DNA of 62,637 nt from positions 1-62,637 of the forward strand of contig JACQUQ010000078.1 of the NCBI GenBank assembly GCA_016210175.1, in the 5' to 3' direction. The notes below the pieces were generated by a model that made no database searches, was not told the origin of the DNA, and saw only the letters and a program-made list of their open reading frames with translations. A program made the position numbers and the translations under genes. This DNA is from Chloroflexota bacterium. Lineage in GTDB: Bacteria; Chloroflexota; Dehalococcoidia; SHYD01; JACQUQ01. Below are positions 8,840-18,345 of this stretch, one piece after another; within the stretch, counting starts at the first letter, position 1, and every line of letters begins with the position of its first letter.

Positions 8840-9873
8840 AGCCGCACCTCCACCGCATCGGGCTGCTGCTCGTCCAGGAAGTCCTGGACCACCTGCCGGG
8901 TATTGTCGGGCCAGCGCACGCCGTCCAGGTCGGGCAGCGGCGCGGGTAGGAAGAGGAAAGCCAGATGGTAGGAATGGCCCAGGCGCAGCACCCGCATGAA
9001 CAGCGGCGAGGCCATCCGTTCCTGGGACACCACGGTGAGCGGCAGTCCGAAGCCCACCCGTTCCGCGACCTTGACGCCACGGCGGAAGCGTTGCAGGCGT
9101 AAGCCCGCGTCGTCCAGCGCCCTTTCCCACGAGTCGAAGCCCTGCCGCAGCACCAACAGTCGCACACCAGGAGCGACGATAGTGTGATCGTTCCCCGGAA
9201 GAGTCGGGAACCAGCGGCGCAGGGTCAGGAGGCCGCTCCCAATCTGGGATTGCCAATCCTCTGGTGTTGCGGCCTGAGAGGGGAGAGGGAGGTCTCCACA
9301 GTCCGGCCAGCCTTCCCAGCCTTCGATACGCAGGCTGCCCAGCCCACGCCGGGAGCGGCTGCCCACACCACCGACATGGACCAGCAGCCAGAGCGATGCC
9401 AACCAGGCGCGCCGCACCTCCGGCGTGTCGCAGCCCGGGCGGGGCTGCACCTCCAGGGTGAAGGCGCTGGGGCTGGTAGGAATCGCCCGGCGGTCGTTAT
9501 CGCCCAAGACGAGGGAGTATCCCAGGTACACGATGCCATTCTCCGGGGGACGCCCGCCGCGTTGGAACCCTCCCCGGTTGACGGGCTGCGTATAGCGGTT
9601 TCGATCCCACCGGATCCTCCCTACCTGCCACTCGCTGACCCGCAGCAGGCAGGGGGATTGCCCGGCCTCCGTACTCCCGAAGAGCCGCGCTTCGCGGGTG
9701 GCGTACTCCCCGTCCAGTGCGGCGTACTCCCCGTCCAGTGCCCGGTACCAGTAGCGTAACAGACCCTTGAACGACGGTGGCCGCAGTTCGGCATACTCGT
9801 TGGGGTCGGCCCCTCCTAGAAACAGGGGCGTCACCGCCGACAGGGCCACGGTCAGTTTAGAGGGTGGGGCCAT
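8836..9873 (-). CDS. cmr1: Type III-B RAMP protein Cmr1
   Basis: VTPLFLGGA..ELRPPSFKGLLRYWYRAL, GGVGSRSRRGLGS, FGLP..RMASPL. Confidence 0.93.
   Translation of the reverse strand: MAPPSKLTVALSAVTPLFLGGADPNEYAELRPPSFKGLLRYWYRALDGEYAALDGEYATREARLFGSTEAGQSPCLLRVSEWQVGRIRWDRNRYTQPVNRGGFQRGGRPPENGIVYLGYSLVLGDNDRRAIPTSPSAFTLEVQPRPGCDTPEVRRAWLASLWLLVHVGGVGSRSRRGLGSLRIEGWEGWPDCGDLPLPSQAATPEDWQSQIGSGLLTLRRWFPTLPGNDHTIVAPGVRLLVLRQGFDSWERALDDAGLRLQRFRRGVKVAERVGFGLPLTVVSQERMASPLFMRVLRLGHSYHLAFLFLPAPLPDLDGVRWPDNTRQVVQDFLDEQQPDAVEVRL
9700..9741. repeat. Perfect 21-bp tandem duplication inside cmr1
   Basis: GGCGTACTCCCCGTCCAGTGC twice, in frame (ALDGEYA twice). Confidence 0.95.
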
Positions 9874-11587
9874 CCTCCTGTTCCTCCTGTTCTGCTTCCG
9901 TGCCGTCCAGCACGACCAGTTCCCCCAGCACGAAGGGGTGTGCCCGCTGCTCCTCCGGTGTGCGGCGGTCCACCACCGCCACCCGCCGCACCGCAACACC
10001 CAAGCTACGTGCTGCGCCCGCGATCTGTTCCACGACGTACTGGATGACGGTGGTGCCCCCGGTCAGGTTGACCACGACCTCGCTTGCCTCGACGAGGCTG
10101 CGACGGAACTCGCCATCCAGCAGCGCACGCCCTTCCTGAAAGCCGGTCATGGGGTCTCTCAGTTCCCGCACCACCACCGGAAGCCCCGCCACGTCCGCCG
10201 CAGCCAGCGCGTCCGGAAGCCGCTGCCGTCCCTCGGCCGAAGTGATGACCACGACCCGGTCGGGTCGGACGTGCTGTACCGCCGAGTACAGCACGCCGGG
10301 AGAAAGGCCCAGCGGAGTCACCAGCAGCCGCATGATCCTAGACCGTTGCTGGGCGAGGCGTGGAAGGTCAGGGTCGGCCAGCAGGGCGGCACACTGCTGG
10401 ATGAGGTGGCCCACTTCCGCCACGTCGCCGGGCGTGAGGCGCACTTCGTCCTCGGTCATACCGGCGTGCGCGAACCGGTTGCGACGCTGCGCCACTCCGT
10501 CCCAGACGGTCGCCAGACGCTGCTCGGTAGCCGTAGCCACCCCGCTCCGCACGCGCTGGACCATACCACCGAGCTGGCGCTCCGCGGCCAGGCGTTGGGG
10601 GCGGCCCAGCCACTGCCGGGGACCACTGCTGCGCAGCACCACCAAGCTGACCAGCCACTCCCGCAGGAGCAGCAGCGCCGTTGGCAGGGCGTTCCGTTCA
10701 GCGTACCATTGGACCAGTGCGAGCTGGCGTTGCAGTTCCTCATCAGAGAGTGGCAGGTCCCGCTTGGACGGAGCGGGACGCGTCGCCCATGATGCCACCG
10801 GCCCACTGAGGATCCCCAACGAGCGCCGCCCCACCGATTGCGGACCGGCCTGCTGGGCGAGGGTCTCAACGGCAGCGTGCAACCGCCCGGCGGCCAGCCC
10901 GACCTCTACCGGCAGCCCGGCGGCCAGCGCCGGCGCCAAGTCTTCGATCGCGTCCTTGGCGCGGGAGAGCGCATGATCGCCCTGCCGCTCCTGGAAGAGC
11001 CGGGCCACCTCCTGCCGCAAAGAGTGTGCCACTGGCCGCAGGTCGCCGCTTTCGCGCGCGCTCTGCACTGCGTGGAACCATTCCGTCAAATTGAAGAGGG
11101 CGGTCAGGTCGAGGATCGGCCGCTCTCCCGTCTCCGGGTCTGGCAGTTCGAAGGCCCCATAGTAAATGCCCCGGATCGTGACCCCCCGGTAGGCCGTCAG
11201 GTAGGTGAGCGCGGCCAAATAGACGAAGGGGAGGTGGCGCAGGGCAAAGGTCACGTCAAGGACTACGGACTCCCCCTCCCCTACAGCTTCCACCAGCCGG
11301 TGGAAGGTTTCGAGGAACTCCTCGCGCGTTTTGCCTTCCGGCATGTCCACCGCCTCGGGCTCCAAGCCAGCTTCTGCCAACTCTGCGGCTACTGCCGGAT
11401 ACCATTTGTCCCGAGCGCCGGACGTGACCAGGACACTGGCTTTCCCTCCACGCAGATCCCGCAGCCGCGCCAGGGCAACCGGTGCGAAGCGACTGGCCCA
11501 CGTGCGGTCGTCGAGGGCATAGACCGTCTCGGTGTAGTTGCCCGTTCCGACCGAGCAGACCAGGTGGGGTACCTCCTGCGTCATCAT
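9857..11587 (-). CDS. csx1: Csx1/TM1812-family CARF-HEPN ribonuclease with an extra C-terminal CARF-like domain
   Basis: N-terminal SVGTGNY..VVLDVTFALRHLP (DxTHG-like motif), HEPN RNRFAH, then LLVTPLGLSPG..VVVNLTGGT. Confidence 0.85.
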   Translation of the reverse strand: MMTQEVPHLVCSVGTGNYTETVYALDDRTWASRFAPVALARLRDLRGGKASVLVTSGARDKWYPAVAAELAEAGLEPEAVDMPEGKTREEFLETFHRLVEAVGEGESVVLDVTFALRHLPFVYLAALTYLTAYRGVTIRGIYYGAFELPDPETGERPILDLTALFNLTEWFHAVQSARESGDLRPVAHSLRQEVARLFQERQGDHALSRAKDAIEDLAPALAAGLPVEVGLAAGRLHAAVETLAQQAGPQSVGRRSLGILSGPVASWATRPAPSKRDLPLSDEELQRQLALVQWYAERNALPTALLLLREWLVSLVVLRSSGPRQWLGRPQRLAAERQLGGMVQRVRSGVATATEQRLATVWDGVAQRRNRFAHAGMTEDEVRLTPGDVAEVGHLIQQCAALLADPDLPRLAQQRSRIMRLLVTPLGLSPGVLYSAVQHVRPDRVVVITSAEGRQRLPDALAAADVAGLPVVVRELRDPMTGFQEGRALLDGEFRRSLVEASEVVVNLTGGTTVIQYVVEQIAGAARSLGVAVRRVAVVDRRTPEEQRAHPFVLGELVVLDGTEAEQEEQEDGPTL

Positions 11588-11629
11588 CAGCCCTCCTCTG
11601 CCACCCACTTACCTCCAAGAGCAACACAC

Positions 11630-11658
11630 TCAGTCCTCAGTCCTCAGCACTCAGCACG
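11630..11658. repeat. Short heptamer tandem repeat (TCAGTCC/TCAGCAC), intergenic
   Basis: TCAGTCCTCAGTCCTCAGCACTCAGCAC between cas4 and csx1. Confidence 0.6.
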
Positions 11659-11669
11659 CATTTACTCGT

Positions 11670-12242
11670 TCACCACACATCCGGGCACAGATTGCGGAAC
11701 TCGCAGTCCACGCACCTCCCCCGCATCCGGGTGGCCTCCGGAAGCGCCTCCTGCGCGATCGCCGCCCGGATCTCCCGTAAAGCTTTCCGCACCCAGCCCC
11801 GCATGTTCGACGTGATGCGCACCTCCTGGGCCCGCTTCTGGGGGATGAGGTAGATGAAGCCCCGGCGCACCGGACGCCGCCAGACCTCCTCCACCAGCAG
11901 GGCGTACGCCGTCAGCTGGTACTTGTGGTTCAGCCCGACCGCACCCTCGGAGTTCTTGAAGTCCACCGGGATGACCTCCCCCAGCGCCTCGACGACCATA
12001 TCCAGCCGGCCCCGCAGGCCCAGCCGGTCCGAGGACACGGCCACATCGAAGTGGCGCTGACCCTCAGCGAGGCCGTAGGCCCGCAGGCTCCGCCGCTCCT
12101 CCAGCTCGGCGATACGCTCGTGCTCCCGCCGGCCCTCCTCCATCTTGTAGGTGGTGGGCCGGGCCCGCACCGGCAGCAAATACGAGTAGTAGACGATGCG
12201 CGGGCAGTAGGGGTACTGCTTCACGTCGCTCACCGTGAGCAT
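11670..12242 (-). CDS. cas4: CRISPR-associated exonuclease Cas4
   Basis: TVSDVKQYPYCPR, GRLD..PVDFK, QLTAYALL, CVDCEFRNLC. Alternative start at 12293. Confidence 0.95.
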   Translation of the reverse strand: MLTVSDVKQYPYCPRIVYYSYLLPVRARPTTYKMEEGRREHERIAELEERRSLRAYGLAEGQRHFDVAVSSDRLGLRGRLDMVVEALGEVIPVDFKNSEGAVGLNHKYQLTAYALLVEEVWRRPVRRGFIYLIPQKRAQEVRITSNMRGWVRKALREIRAAIAQEALPEATRMRGRCVDCEFRNLCPDVW

Positions 12243-12270
12243 GAGGGGAGCCTCCCCGACGAGGGAGGGG

Positions 12271-12537
12271 CTAGCGGTCCACTCGGTAGTCATCGGTGAC
12301 CACCTCTTTCATGAGGCGGAGGTCCTTCTCGCACACGGGCACCAGCTGGATGCGCGCCGGCCGCTGCCCGATAATGCGGCGCAGGCGCAGCAGGATCTCC
12401 TGCTGGCGGTTGTGGTTGAGCTCGCCCAGGAAAGCGCTGTACTGGACGCGGGCCAGGCCGTAGTCCAGGCAGGCGTCGGCCACCTTGGCCCGCGTCCCGT
12501 CGTGGGGGATGTCGTAGAGGAGGAGCACGGTGGTCAC
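12271..12537 (-). CDS. cas2: Cas2
   Basis: LLYDIPHDGTRAKVADACLDYGLARVQYSAFLG, 88 aa. Confidence 0.96.
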   Translation of the reverse strand: MTTVLLLYDIPHDGTRAKVADACLDYGLARVQYSAFLGELNHNRQQEILLRLRRIIGQRPARIQLVPVCEKDLRLMKEVVTDDYRVDR

Positions 12538-12555
12538 TGGACGTATCCTTGGCGG

Positions 12556-14886
12556 TCAGTCGGGAGACATATCGGTGCGCAGGCCGATTTCGGGATCGTA
12601 CGGGAGGTTAATGGTGTTCAGGAACCAATCCTTCTCCCACGACAAGTGCTCGCGGAAGCGGTGCTCTTGCCATTCGGCAATGGGGACGAGAAGCTCGTTG
12701 GCGTGAAGGACAGAGGCTTCCCGCCGTCGTTCGTATTCATTCCGGAGGGCGAGAGGAAGCACTTCTGTGCCCTCGAACAGGTCGTCAAACTGGCGGCCGA
12801 GATCTTCGTCGCTCGCGAACGCCCGCAACGTGTCCAGGCATCCTCGCTGAAAGGTCATGAGAGCGCCCTCCACCCGGCGGATCCATTCCTCCGCCAGACC
12901 ATCCTTATACGCCTGGTCCAGCCACTCGCTCAGGCGGGCTTCGTCAATGTCTTCCCCATCGTGGCCGGACAGGATATCCAAACAGTTCTCGACCAGCCCG
13001 TCGTCGTAAATCCGTTGCCCGCTGCGGGGCTGGGTAAGCACCGTGACCGGCACGATCCCTTTCCTGCCCCGGCGATTGACGCGACCGAAACGCTGGGCCA
13101 GCGCTTCCAGGGGGGCGGGCTCTGTGACGATCCCGTCGAAGTCCAAATCCAGGCTGACCTCAATGACCTGTGTGGCCACCACTGCCAAGGGCCGAGAAGT
13201 CCCCAGTCGGCTGCGGATCACCTCTTCCTTTGCCAGCCGGTCTTCCACGGTGAACCGACTGTGCAGGAGCAGCACGGTTTCGGGGCCGAGCCGGTCCCGT
13301 AGCTCCTGCCAAGCTGTCTGCGCGGTCCGCACAGTGTTGGCGGCGACCAGGAGACGCTGGTTCTTGCGGCAGCGCTCGGCAATATGGTCAAGGATGGAGG
13401 GCGAGAGCAACTCGCCCTCCATGAGCTCAATCCTGTGCCGGCGGAACTCAGCAAAGAGGGATGGTTCCACAGCGAGCCGCTGGAGGCCCAAGTGCTTATC
13501 GAGCAGCCCAGCGAGCCAGGTGGGTGTCGTCGCGCTCATCGAGCAGACGACGCTGCCCCATGTACGCTGGAGTTCGGCTACGAGGCCAACGAGCAAGCCA
13601 AGCCGCTCCGCCTCATACGCATGGACCTCATCGAGGAGAAGGATGCTTCCACTCATTGCAGTCCAGAGGGCTTCATAGCCTCGCACGCGGTAGGCCGCAC
13701 GCAGCAACTGGTACGGTGTCGTGACCCATATCGCAGGCTGGTGCAGACGAGTCAGGTCAGTAGCTCGACGCGCGGCCAAATCCGCCTCCCGCGCTCGGTA
13801 GCCCTTCTGCTCCGTCAATTCCTTGTACAAGACCTGTGCGCTCCTCCCGTGCATGAGCGCGATGGGAGCGCCGGTCAGCCGTTGCAGCCGCGTCCGCATC
13901 GCATTGATACTCGCCTGATAGGGCAGCACGTAAATAAGACTCGCGTGGTGCCGCTCCTCCGTCTGCCTGCGCGCCCAGAGGAGCGCGGCCTCGGTTTTGC
14001 CGCTCCCCGTTGGGGCGACGAACATGATCGGGCCGCTCTGCTGCGCGGCGTCCCGCTGGTGCGAGCGGAGTGCCGAGAGGTTCAGCGTACGCAGGGTTTG
14101 GTCGGCATCTGGAAGGACCAGAGGCGCCAGGGGCGAGGCGTGGGCAGAGCCGAGATGATCCGAGAGCAACACCAGACCGCGCAGCGCCACGGCAGCACGG
14201 TTTTCCGGGCTGTCGGCAGGTTGCGCTCCGAGGCGACGCCACAACCGCTCATAGGCCCGCAGCCCGCGCCGGATCACCGCACTCGCCTCTTCGCAAAAGC
14301 GCTTCGGGTCGGGTGAGGTCGGGACTGCCCTGGGCGCTTCAACGTGCTCCGCGAATCCGAGCTCCGTAATCCACGGGCCGCTCATCGCGGAAAGCCACTG
14401 GGCAACCCCCGTAATCCACTTGTGTTGGATGCTGGCGATCCATTGCTCGATGTCCCAGTCCTCGACAGGAAAGTTGGGATTATAGCGCTCCGCGATGATC
14501 TCCTCAGCATCTCGATGGTGCGAAGCGATTCCCGCCGCGATCCACGGGAAGTCGGGGCCAGTGGGGTCCGCGACCCAGGGGAGGAAGGCCAGCGAGAAGA
14601 CCTCGTGGCGGTGACCTCTCCAGGATGCGCCGGTGCGGAGGTAGTCTTGGAATCCTTGCGTAAGCTTGCCCAGGTCATGGAGCCAGCAGGCCCAGAAGGC
14701 ACGGTGCGATAGTCGAGGCTCGCCCACCAGCTCCGGAAGCTGGGGATGTCGTTGCGCAAGCTGTGCCAAGCGACGCAGCACCTGCCGGGTATGCTGGGTA
14801 ATGGACTCACCAGCCTGGCCGCCGGTACCGCTTTTCGCAAAGGCATCCGCCAGCAAGGTTTGCCAATCGGAGTTACGGACCATCAT
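12556..14886 (-). CDS. cas3: Cas3 HD nuclease-SF2 helicase
   Basis: LHDLGK, APTGSGKTEAA, LDEVHAY, MSAT, VATQVIEVSLD, QRFGRVNRRG. Start codon uncertain (14883-14895). Confidence 0.96.
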   Translation of the reverse strand: MMVRNSDWQTLLADAFAKSGTGGQAGESITQHTRQVLRRLAQLAQRHPQLPELVGEPRLSHRAFWACWLHDLGKLTQGFQDYLRTGASWRGHRHEVFSLAFLPWVADPTGPDFPWIAAGIASHHRDAEEIIAERYNPNFPVEDWDIEQWIASIQHKWITGVAQWLSAMSGPWITELGFAEHVEAPRAVPTSPDPKRFCEEASAVIRRGLRAYERLWRRLGAQPADSPENRAAVALRGLVLLSDHLGSAHASPLAPLVLPDADQTLRTLNLSALRSHQRDAAQQSGPIMFVAPTGSGKTEAALLWARRQTEERHHASLIYVLPYQASINAMRTRLQRLTGAPIALMHGRSAQVLYKELTEQKGYRAREADLAARRATDLTRLHQPAIWVTTPYQLLRAAYRVRGYEALWTAMSGSILLLDEVHAYEAERLGLLVGLVAELQRTWGSVVCSMSATTPTWLAGLLDKHLGLQRLAVEPSLFAEFRRHRIELMEGELLSPSILDHIAERCRKNQRLLVAANTVRTAQTAWQELRDRLGPETVLLLHSRFTVEDRLAKEEVIRSRLGTSRPLAVVATQVIEVSLDLDFDGIVTEPAPLEALAQRFGRVNRRGRKGIVPVTVLTQPRSGQRIYDDGLVENCLDILSGHDGEDIDEARLSEWLDQAYKDGLAEEWIRRVEGALMTFQRGCLDTLRAFASDEDLGRQFDDLFEGTEVLPLALRNEYERRREASVLHANELLVPIAEWQEHRFREHLSWEKDWFLNTINLPYDPEIGLRTDMSPD

Positions 14887-15640
14887 GTGCTCCATCGAAC
14901 CGGTGCCACACCACGATGCGGCGCAGACCATTTTCCTCCGGGCTCAGCGGGTCTATCGAGAAAATCTCGCCCGGATCGGGTCGCATCGCTGAGGTTCCCT
15001 GGGTTGCTCCCTCACGGACCGCTACCCGGCGCTCCAGCACGACGTAGGGAGCCCACTCCACCCGTCGGCGATCCGTCGGGTCGATGAACCGCGGCATGGT
15101 TGCCATAACACCCACCGGGGTGCGCAGCCGCCAAGTCCAGGGGAGCAGCGTCCCTTCGAGGTAGCCCGATGCGGCCGCTTCCAGGTCCACGACTTGGACG
15201 GTGCGGTAGGCCGCCAGGTCCTGGGACCGACCCAAGACCACCGGGTAGCAGGGCTCGCGGAAGGCGCGCTCCAATTGCTCCAGCCAGCCCGGTGCGTCCA
15301 AGTACAACACCATCCGAGGGAACAGCAAGACCTCCCGCAAGAGCGGGTTGATATTCCCTTCCAGGTTCTTGGTGAACCCCATCGCCCTGTCGAGGCGTCC
15401 GCTGGCCGCCTCCACCAGGTGGGTGTTTTCCAGGTCATCCCCCTTTCCGGCAGCGGTGAAGGAGTAGGCGAACCGCAGCGTCGCCCGGTCGGGGAACTCG
15501 CCGAGCGCGCTGGCACTGTGTCCGTAGACCGTGGCGGGCGGCGGCATGGGAAAGCTAGGCTGCCGCCCCACCAGGAAATGGGGATACCGGAAGGATGTCG
15601 TCGTCCCTTCCAACTCGATGCGGAGCACCTGGCCGGCCAT
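14873..15640 (-). CDS. cas5: Type I-B Cas5
   Basis: TTSFRYPHFLVGRQPSFPMPPPATVYG and VVLGRSQDLA. Confidence 0.93.
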   Translation of the reverse strand: MAGQVLRIELEGTTTSFRYPHFLVGRQPSFPMPPPATVYGHSASALGEFPDRATLRFAYSFTAAGKGDDLENTHLVEAASGRLDRAMGFTKNLEGNINPLLREVLLFPRMVLYLDAPGWLEQLERAFREPCYPVVLGRSQDLAAYRTVQVVDLEAAASGYLEGTLLPWTWRLRTPVGVMATMPRFIDPTDRRRVEWAPYVVLERRVAVREGATQGTSAMRPDPGEIFSIDPLSPEENGLRRIVVWHRFDGAHDGP

Positions 15641-15641
15641 G

Positions 15642-16754
15642 CTAGGCCATCCACGCGCTGCTCTGCTCCCCCCCAAGGTCCTCCGTCAACTGCGACAGGA
15701 TGGCACGGGGGTGGTCGAGCCGGTATTCCAGAGGCGGCTGCCGCAGGTCGCTATCTTGGGCGATCTCCTGGAGCGCCTTTTCCAGCGCGCTCCGCTGGTC
15801 GTCGTAGAACCCCTGCACCCAGCCCGCATAGAGCGGTGAAATCATCTGGTCGCCCCAGGCGCGAACCATCTCCTTCAGGGCATCGGTATGGATCCGGAGT
15901 TGCCCATCGGGGCCTGCTCCCACTACATATTGCAGCGGGTCGTTCCCTCCTTTGAAGACGCCTGCCAGGATGACGACCGGTGAGACATCGGTGTAGTGGA
16001 GAGCCTGCTTTGCGCCCCCGGAGACCAGGGCAAGTCCTTTGAGAAGAGCGGCTACCCGCTCAATCCGATCATCGATTTTCAGGCGGTAGCTCTTTTCCTG
16101 TGCGATGTACTCCAGGCCCGCGTCTACCGCCTGCTTGACGCGGTTGTCATCCAGGTTGCGATAGCCTGAACGCTGCACTTCGCTAAAGGTGCCCACCGCA
16201 TGTAGGTTCAGGGAAATGAGGCCCTTCAAGACGGCACGATAGAACTGGTGCTCGTGGGGGACCGGATCCCCTTCGTGCCGGGACATGGTACCGAAGTCGC
16301 GGGTCAGCGTGACGGGTGCGATGGCAATGAGCGGACTCACCCGGAACGGAGACACACGGGTAATCTCGCCGGTCGTGGGCGTCTCGCGGCCTACCCGGGA
16401 CTGATCGGCTTGGCGCGCCGCCGCAGCTTCTGTACGTCGGGAAGGTGCGCGCATGTACCCGAAAAGGTCGTCTTCCCAATACTCAATGGGGTTGCCATCA
16501 GTGTAGGCGACCTTTTGCTCCCGGAAGATGGGTGAGTTGATCCACGGGAGCTCTCCAGCCGCCGCGGCGGAGGCAAGGGTGGTGCGTAGCCAATAGCGGA
16601 ACGCCTGGGCCGAGACATAGGGGTAGGCCCCGTGCCGTGTCTTGATGACCTTGGTTGCAACAGCATTGTCCGTGCTTGCCTCCGGATCTCCCCCGGAGTT
16701 GTTCAAGGCCGATGCCGGCGCATCGACGAGGATGATACCGCTAAGGTACGCCAT
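15642..16754 (-). CDS. cas7: Type I-B Cas7 (Cst2/DevR type)
   Basis: SALNN, YPYVSAQAFRYWLR, EDDLFGYM, TRVSPFRVS, GGAKQA. Confidence 0.93.
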   Translation of the reverse strand: MAYLSGIILVDAPASALNNSGGDPEASTDNAVATKVIKTRHGAYPYVSAQAFRYWLRTTLASAAAAGELPWINSPIFREQKVAYTDGNPIEYWEDDLFGYMRAPSRRTEAAAARQADQSRVGRETPTTGEITRVSPFRVSPLIAIAPVTLTRDFGTMSRHEGDPVPHEHQFYRAVLKGLISLNLHAVGTFSEVQRSGYRNLDDNRVKQAVDAGLEYIAQEKSYRLKIDDRIERVAALLKGLALVSGGAKQALHYTDVSPVVILAGVFKGGNDPLQYVVGAGPDGQLRIHTDALKEMVRAWGDQMISPLYAGWVQGFYDDQRSALEKALQEIAQDSDLRQPPLEYRLDHPRAILSQLTEDLGGEQSSAWMA

Positions 16755-16789
16755 GATCGTCTACCTCCTGTCTGTCCGATGTCCCGACG

Positions 16790-17185
16790 CTAGACCGTTG
16801 CTCCCACTTCTTCGGCTTGTTCGTCAGCTTCCTCCCGGTCAACCTCGCTCATGATCTCTCGCCCTTCGGGCCGCTGGAACCAGCCGAGCCTGCACAGCTC
16901 CTCGACCATCCGGATACGGAGCAAATCCCACGCCAGACGCCAGTCTGCGCGAGCGACCTCCTCCCCCTCTTCAAAGACCGTGAGGAAATCGTCCAAAGTC
17001 ACCAAGGGCTCTCCCAACCGCTGGACACGCCGCCGATCCGCCCGGATGAGCGTATCCCGGACGGTACGATAGTCAGTGCGACCGGAGAAGAACCGCCGGA
17101 AGATCTGCCGGTCGTTGGTGTCGGCAATATCGGCGGCCACTCGATCTGCCAGCGACCGGATAGCTGTGACACGGACCTGTTCCAT
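16790..17185 (-). CDS. cas11: Putative Cas11 small subunit from an internal in-frame start in cas8
   Basis: GAGGAGGT-7 nt-ATG inside cas8, giving the 131-aa product MEQVRVTAIRSLADRVAA..WRLAWDLLRIRMVE. Confidence 0.7.
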   Translation of the reverse strand: MEQVRVTAIRSLADRVAADIADTNDRQIFRRFFSGRTDYRTVRDTLIRADRRRVQRLGEPLVTLDDFLTVFEEGEEVARADWRLAWDLLRIRMVEELCRLGWFQRPEGREIMSEVDREEADEQAEEVGATV

Positions 17186-18328
17186 TCTCAGCACCTCCTC
17201 AAGAAACATGACCACAAAGGGCCAGCGTTCCTGCTTCAGCAGGGTCTCCGGCGTTAGACCTGCGATCTGCTCAGGGCGCCAGTTGAACCAACGGCGCAGA
17301 AATACACCGGCATTGTCGGGGAGCGTAAACAGGTCGTCGTAAAACCGGTTGCGGAGCGCCCGACGCTCTTCTTCCGGTGGCTCCTCGCCTTCTCGCCGCT
17401 TGCCTTCCCAGGCCCGCCGCACCGTCTGGTTCCACACGCCCCGGTATCGCTGGCCCTGCGCCCGCTTCACGAATTGCACGACGTTCGATGGCAAGGGGTA
17501 GATTTCGATGCCCGGACCCTGCCCGCTGTTGGAGAGGTGGTAGACCGTCAGCGGGCCTGCCTTCTCCACTTCCTCATCTTCACCGTCAGGTGCGCGTTCC
17601 TGCTGCCAGCGAGCCAGTGCTTCGATGACGCGCGTGCGCGGCCCGCGGATGTTGGCGGGCTTCGCGTCGGTCTGCACGCTCAACAACCGCTGGAGGGTTG
17701 CGAAGCGGTCTTGAACCACCGCCCTCAGGATTTCCCTATCCGCGGGGGCGTCTCCAACCTCTACAATGACGGCCTTCCCTTCGCAGTAAGGCGCACCGAT
17801 GGAAAGCGCCTGTAAGGCCACGATGCAGAGGCCGCATAGAGCGAGCCCATGTTGTCCCTGGGGAAAGAAGTTTATGACATCGCGACCTGTAAGCATTGGA
17901 ACTAGGTCACGATACGCTCGGGTTACCCCTTCTTTCTTGCATGAAGGACAGATAGCTTCGTGGTGAACCTGATCGCATCTCCCGCATAGGTTGGCAGGTC
18001 GGACGGACGGGCGGTGACAATACGCACACATGGGTCCGGTCTCGTCGAGCGGCCAGTTGAACGCCCTGAGAACCGCTTGGGCGTACTTTACCTTCTGGTT
18101 AGGAGTCCAACTCGTGTTGAGAAAGTTAGACGTGAAAAGCACAGTAAGGTACCCTGACAGTACCTTGCTGAAGTACCATCGTTCAGCTTCCTGGGCCAAC
18201 CGCTCTAGGTCCTCGACGGTGATCTCCTCCGGCATCTCCTTCCTAGCATAGACCAAGATCGCCGCGATCCCCATGTCGGGGAGCGGGTGTCCCGTCCACC
18301 TCAATCCGGCATACTGCTCACTTACCAT
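16790..18328 (-). CDS. cas8: Type I-B large subunit Cas8 (Cst1/CXXC-CXXC type)
   Basis: WTGHPLPDMG, PMLTG..NFFP..LCGLC, HLSNSGQ. Located upstream of cas7. ATG at 18328 follows GGAGAG. Confidence 0.88.
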   Translation of the reverse strand: MVSEQYAGLRWTGHPLPDMGIAAILVYARKEMPEEITVEDLERLAQEAERWYFSKVLSGYLTVLFTSNFLNTSWTPNQKVKYAQAVLRAFNWPLDETGPMCAYCHRPSVRPANLCGRCDQVHHEAICPSCKKEGVTRAYRDLVPMLTGRDVINFFPQGQHGLALCGLCIVALQALSIGAPYCEGKAVIVEVGDAPADREILRAVVQDRFATLQRLLSVQTDAKPANIRGPRTRVIEALARWQQERAPDGEDEEVEKAGPLTVYHLSNSGQGPGIEIYPLPSNVVQFVKRAQGQRYRGVWNQTVRRAWEGKRREGEEPPEEERRALRNRFYDDLFTLPDNAGVFLRRWFNWRPEQIAGLTPETLLKQERWPFVVMFLEEVLRMEQVRVTAIRSLADRVAADIADTNDRQIFRRFFSGRTDYRTVRDTLIRADRRRVQRLGEPLVTLDDFLTVFEEGEEVARADWRLAWDLLRIRMVEELCRLGWFQRPEGREIMSEVDREEADEQAEEVGATV

Positions 18329-18345
18329 TGCGCTCTCTCCTGTGA

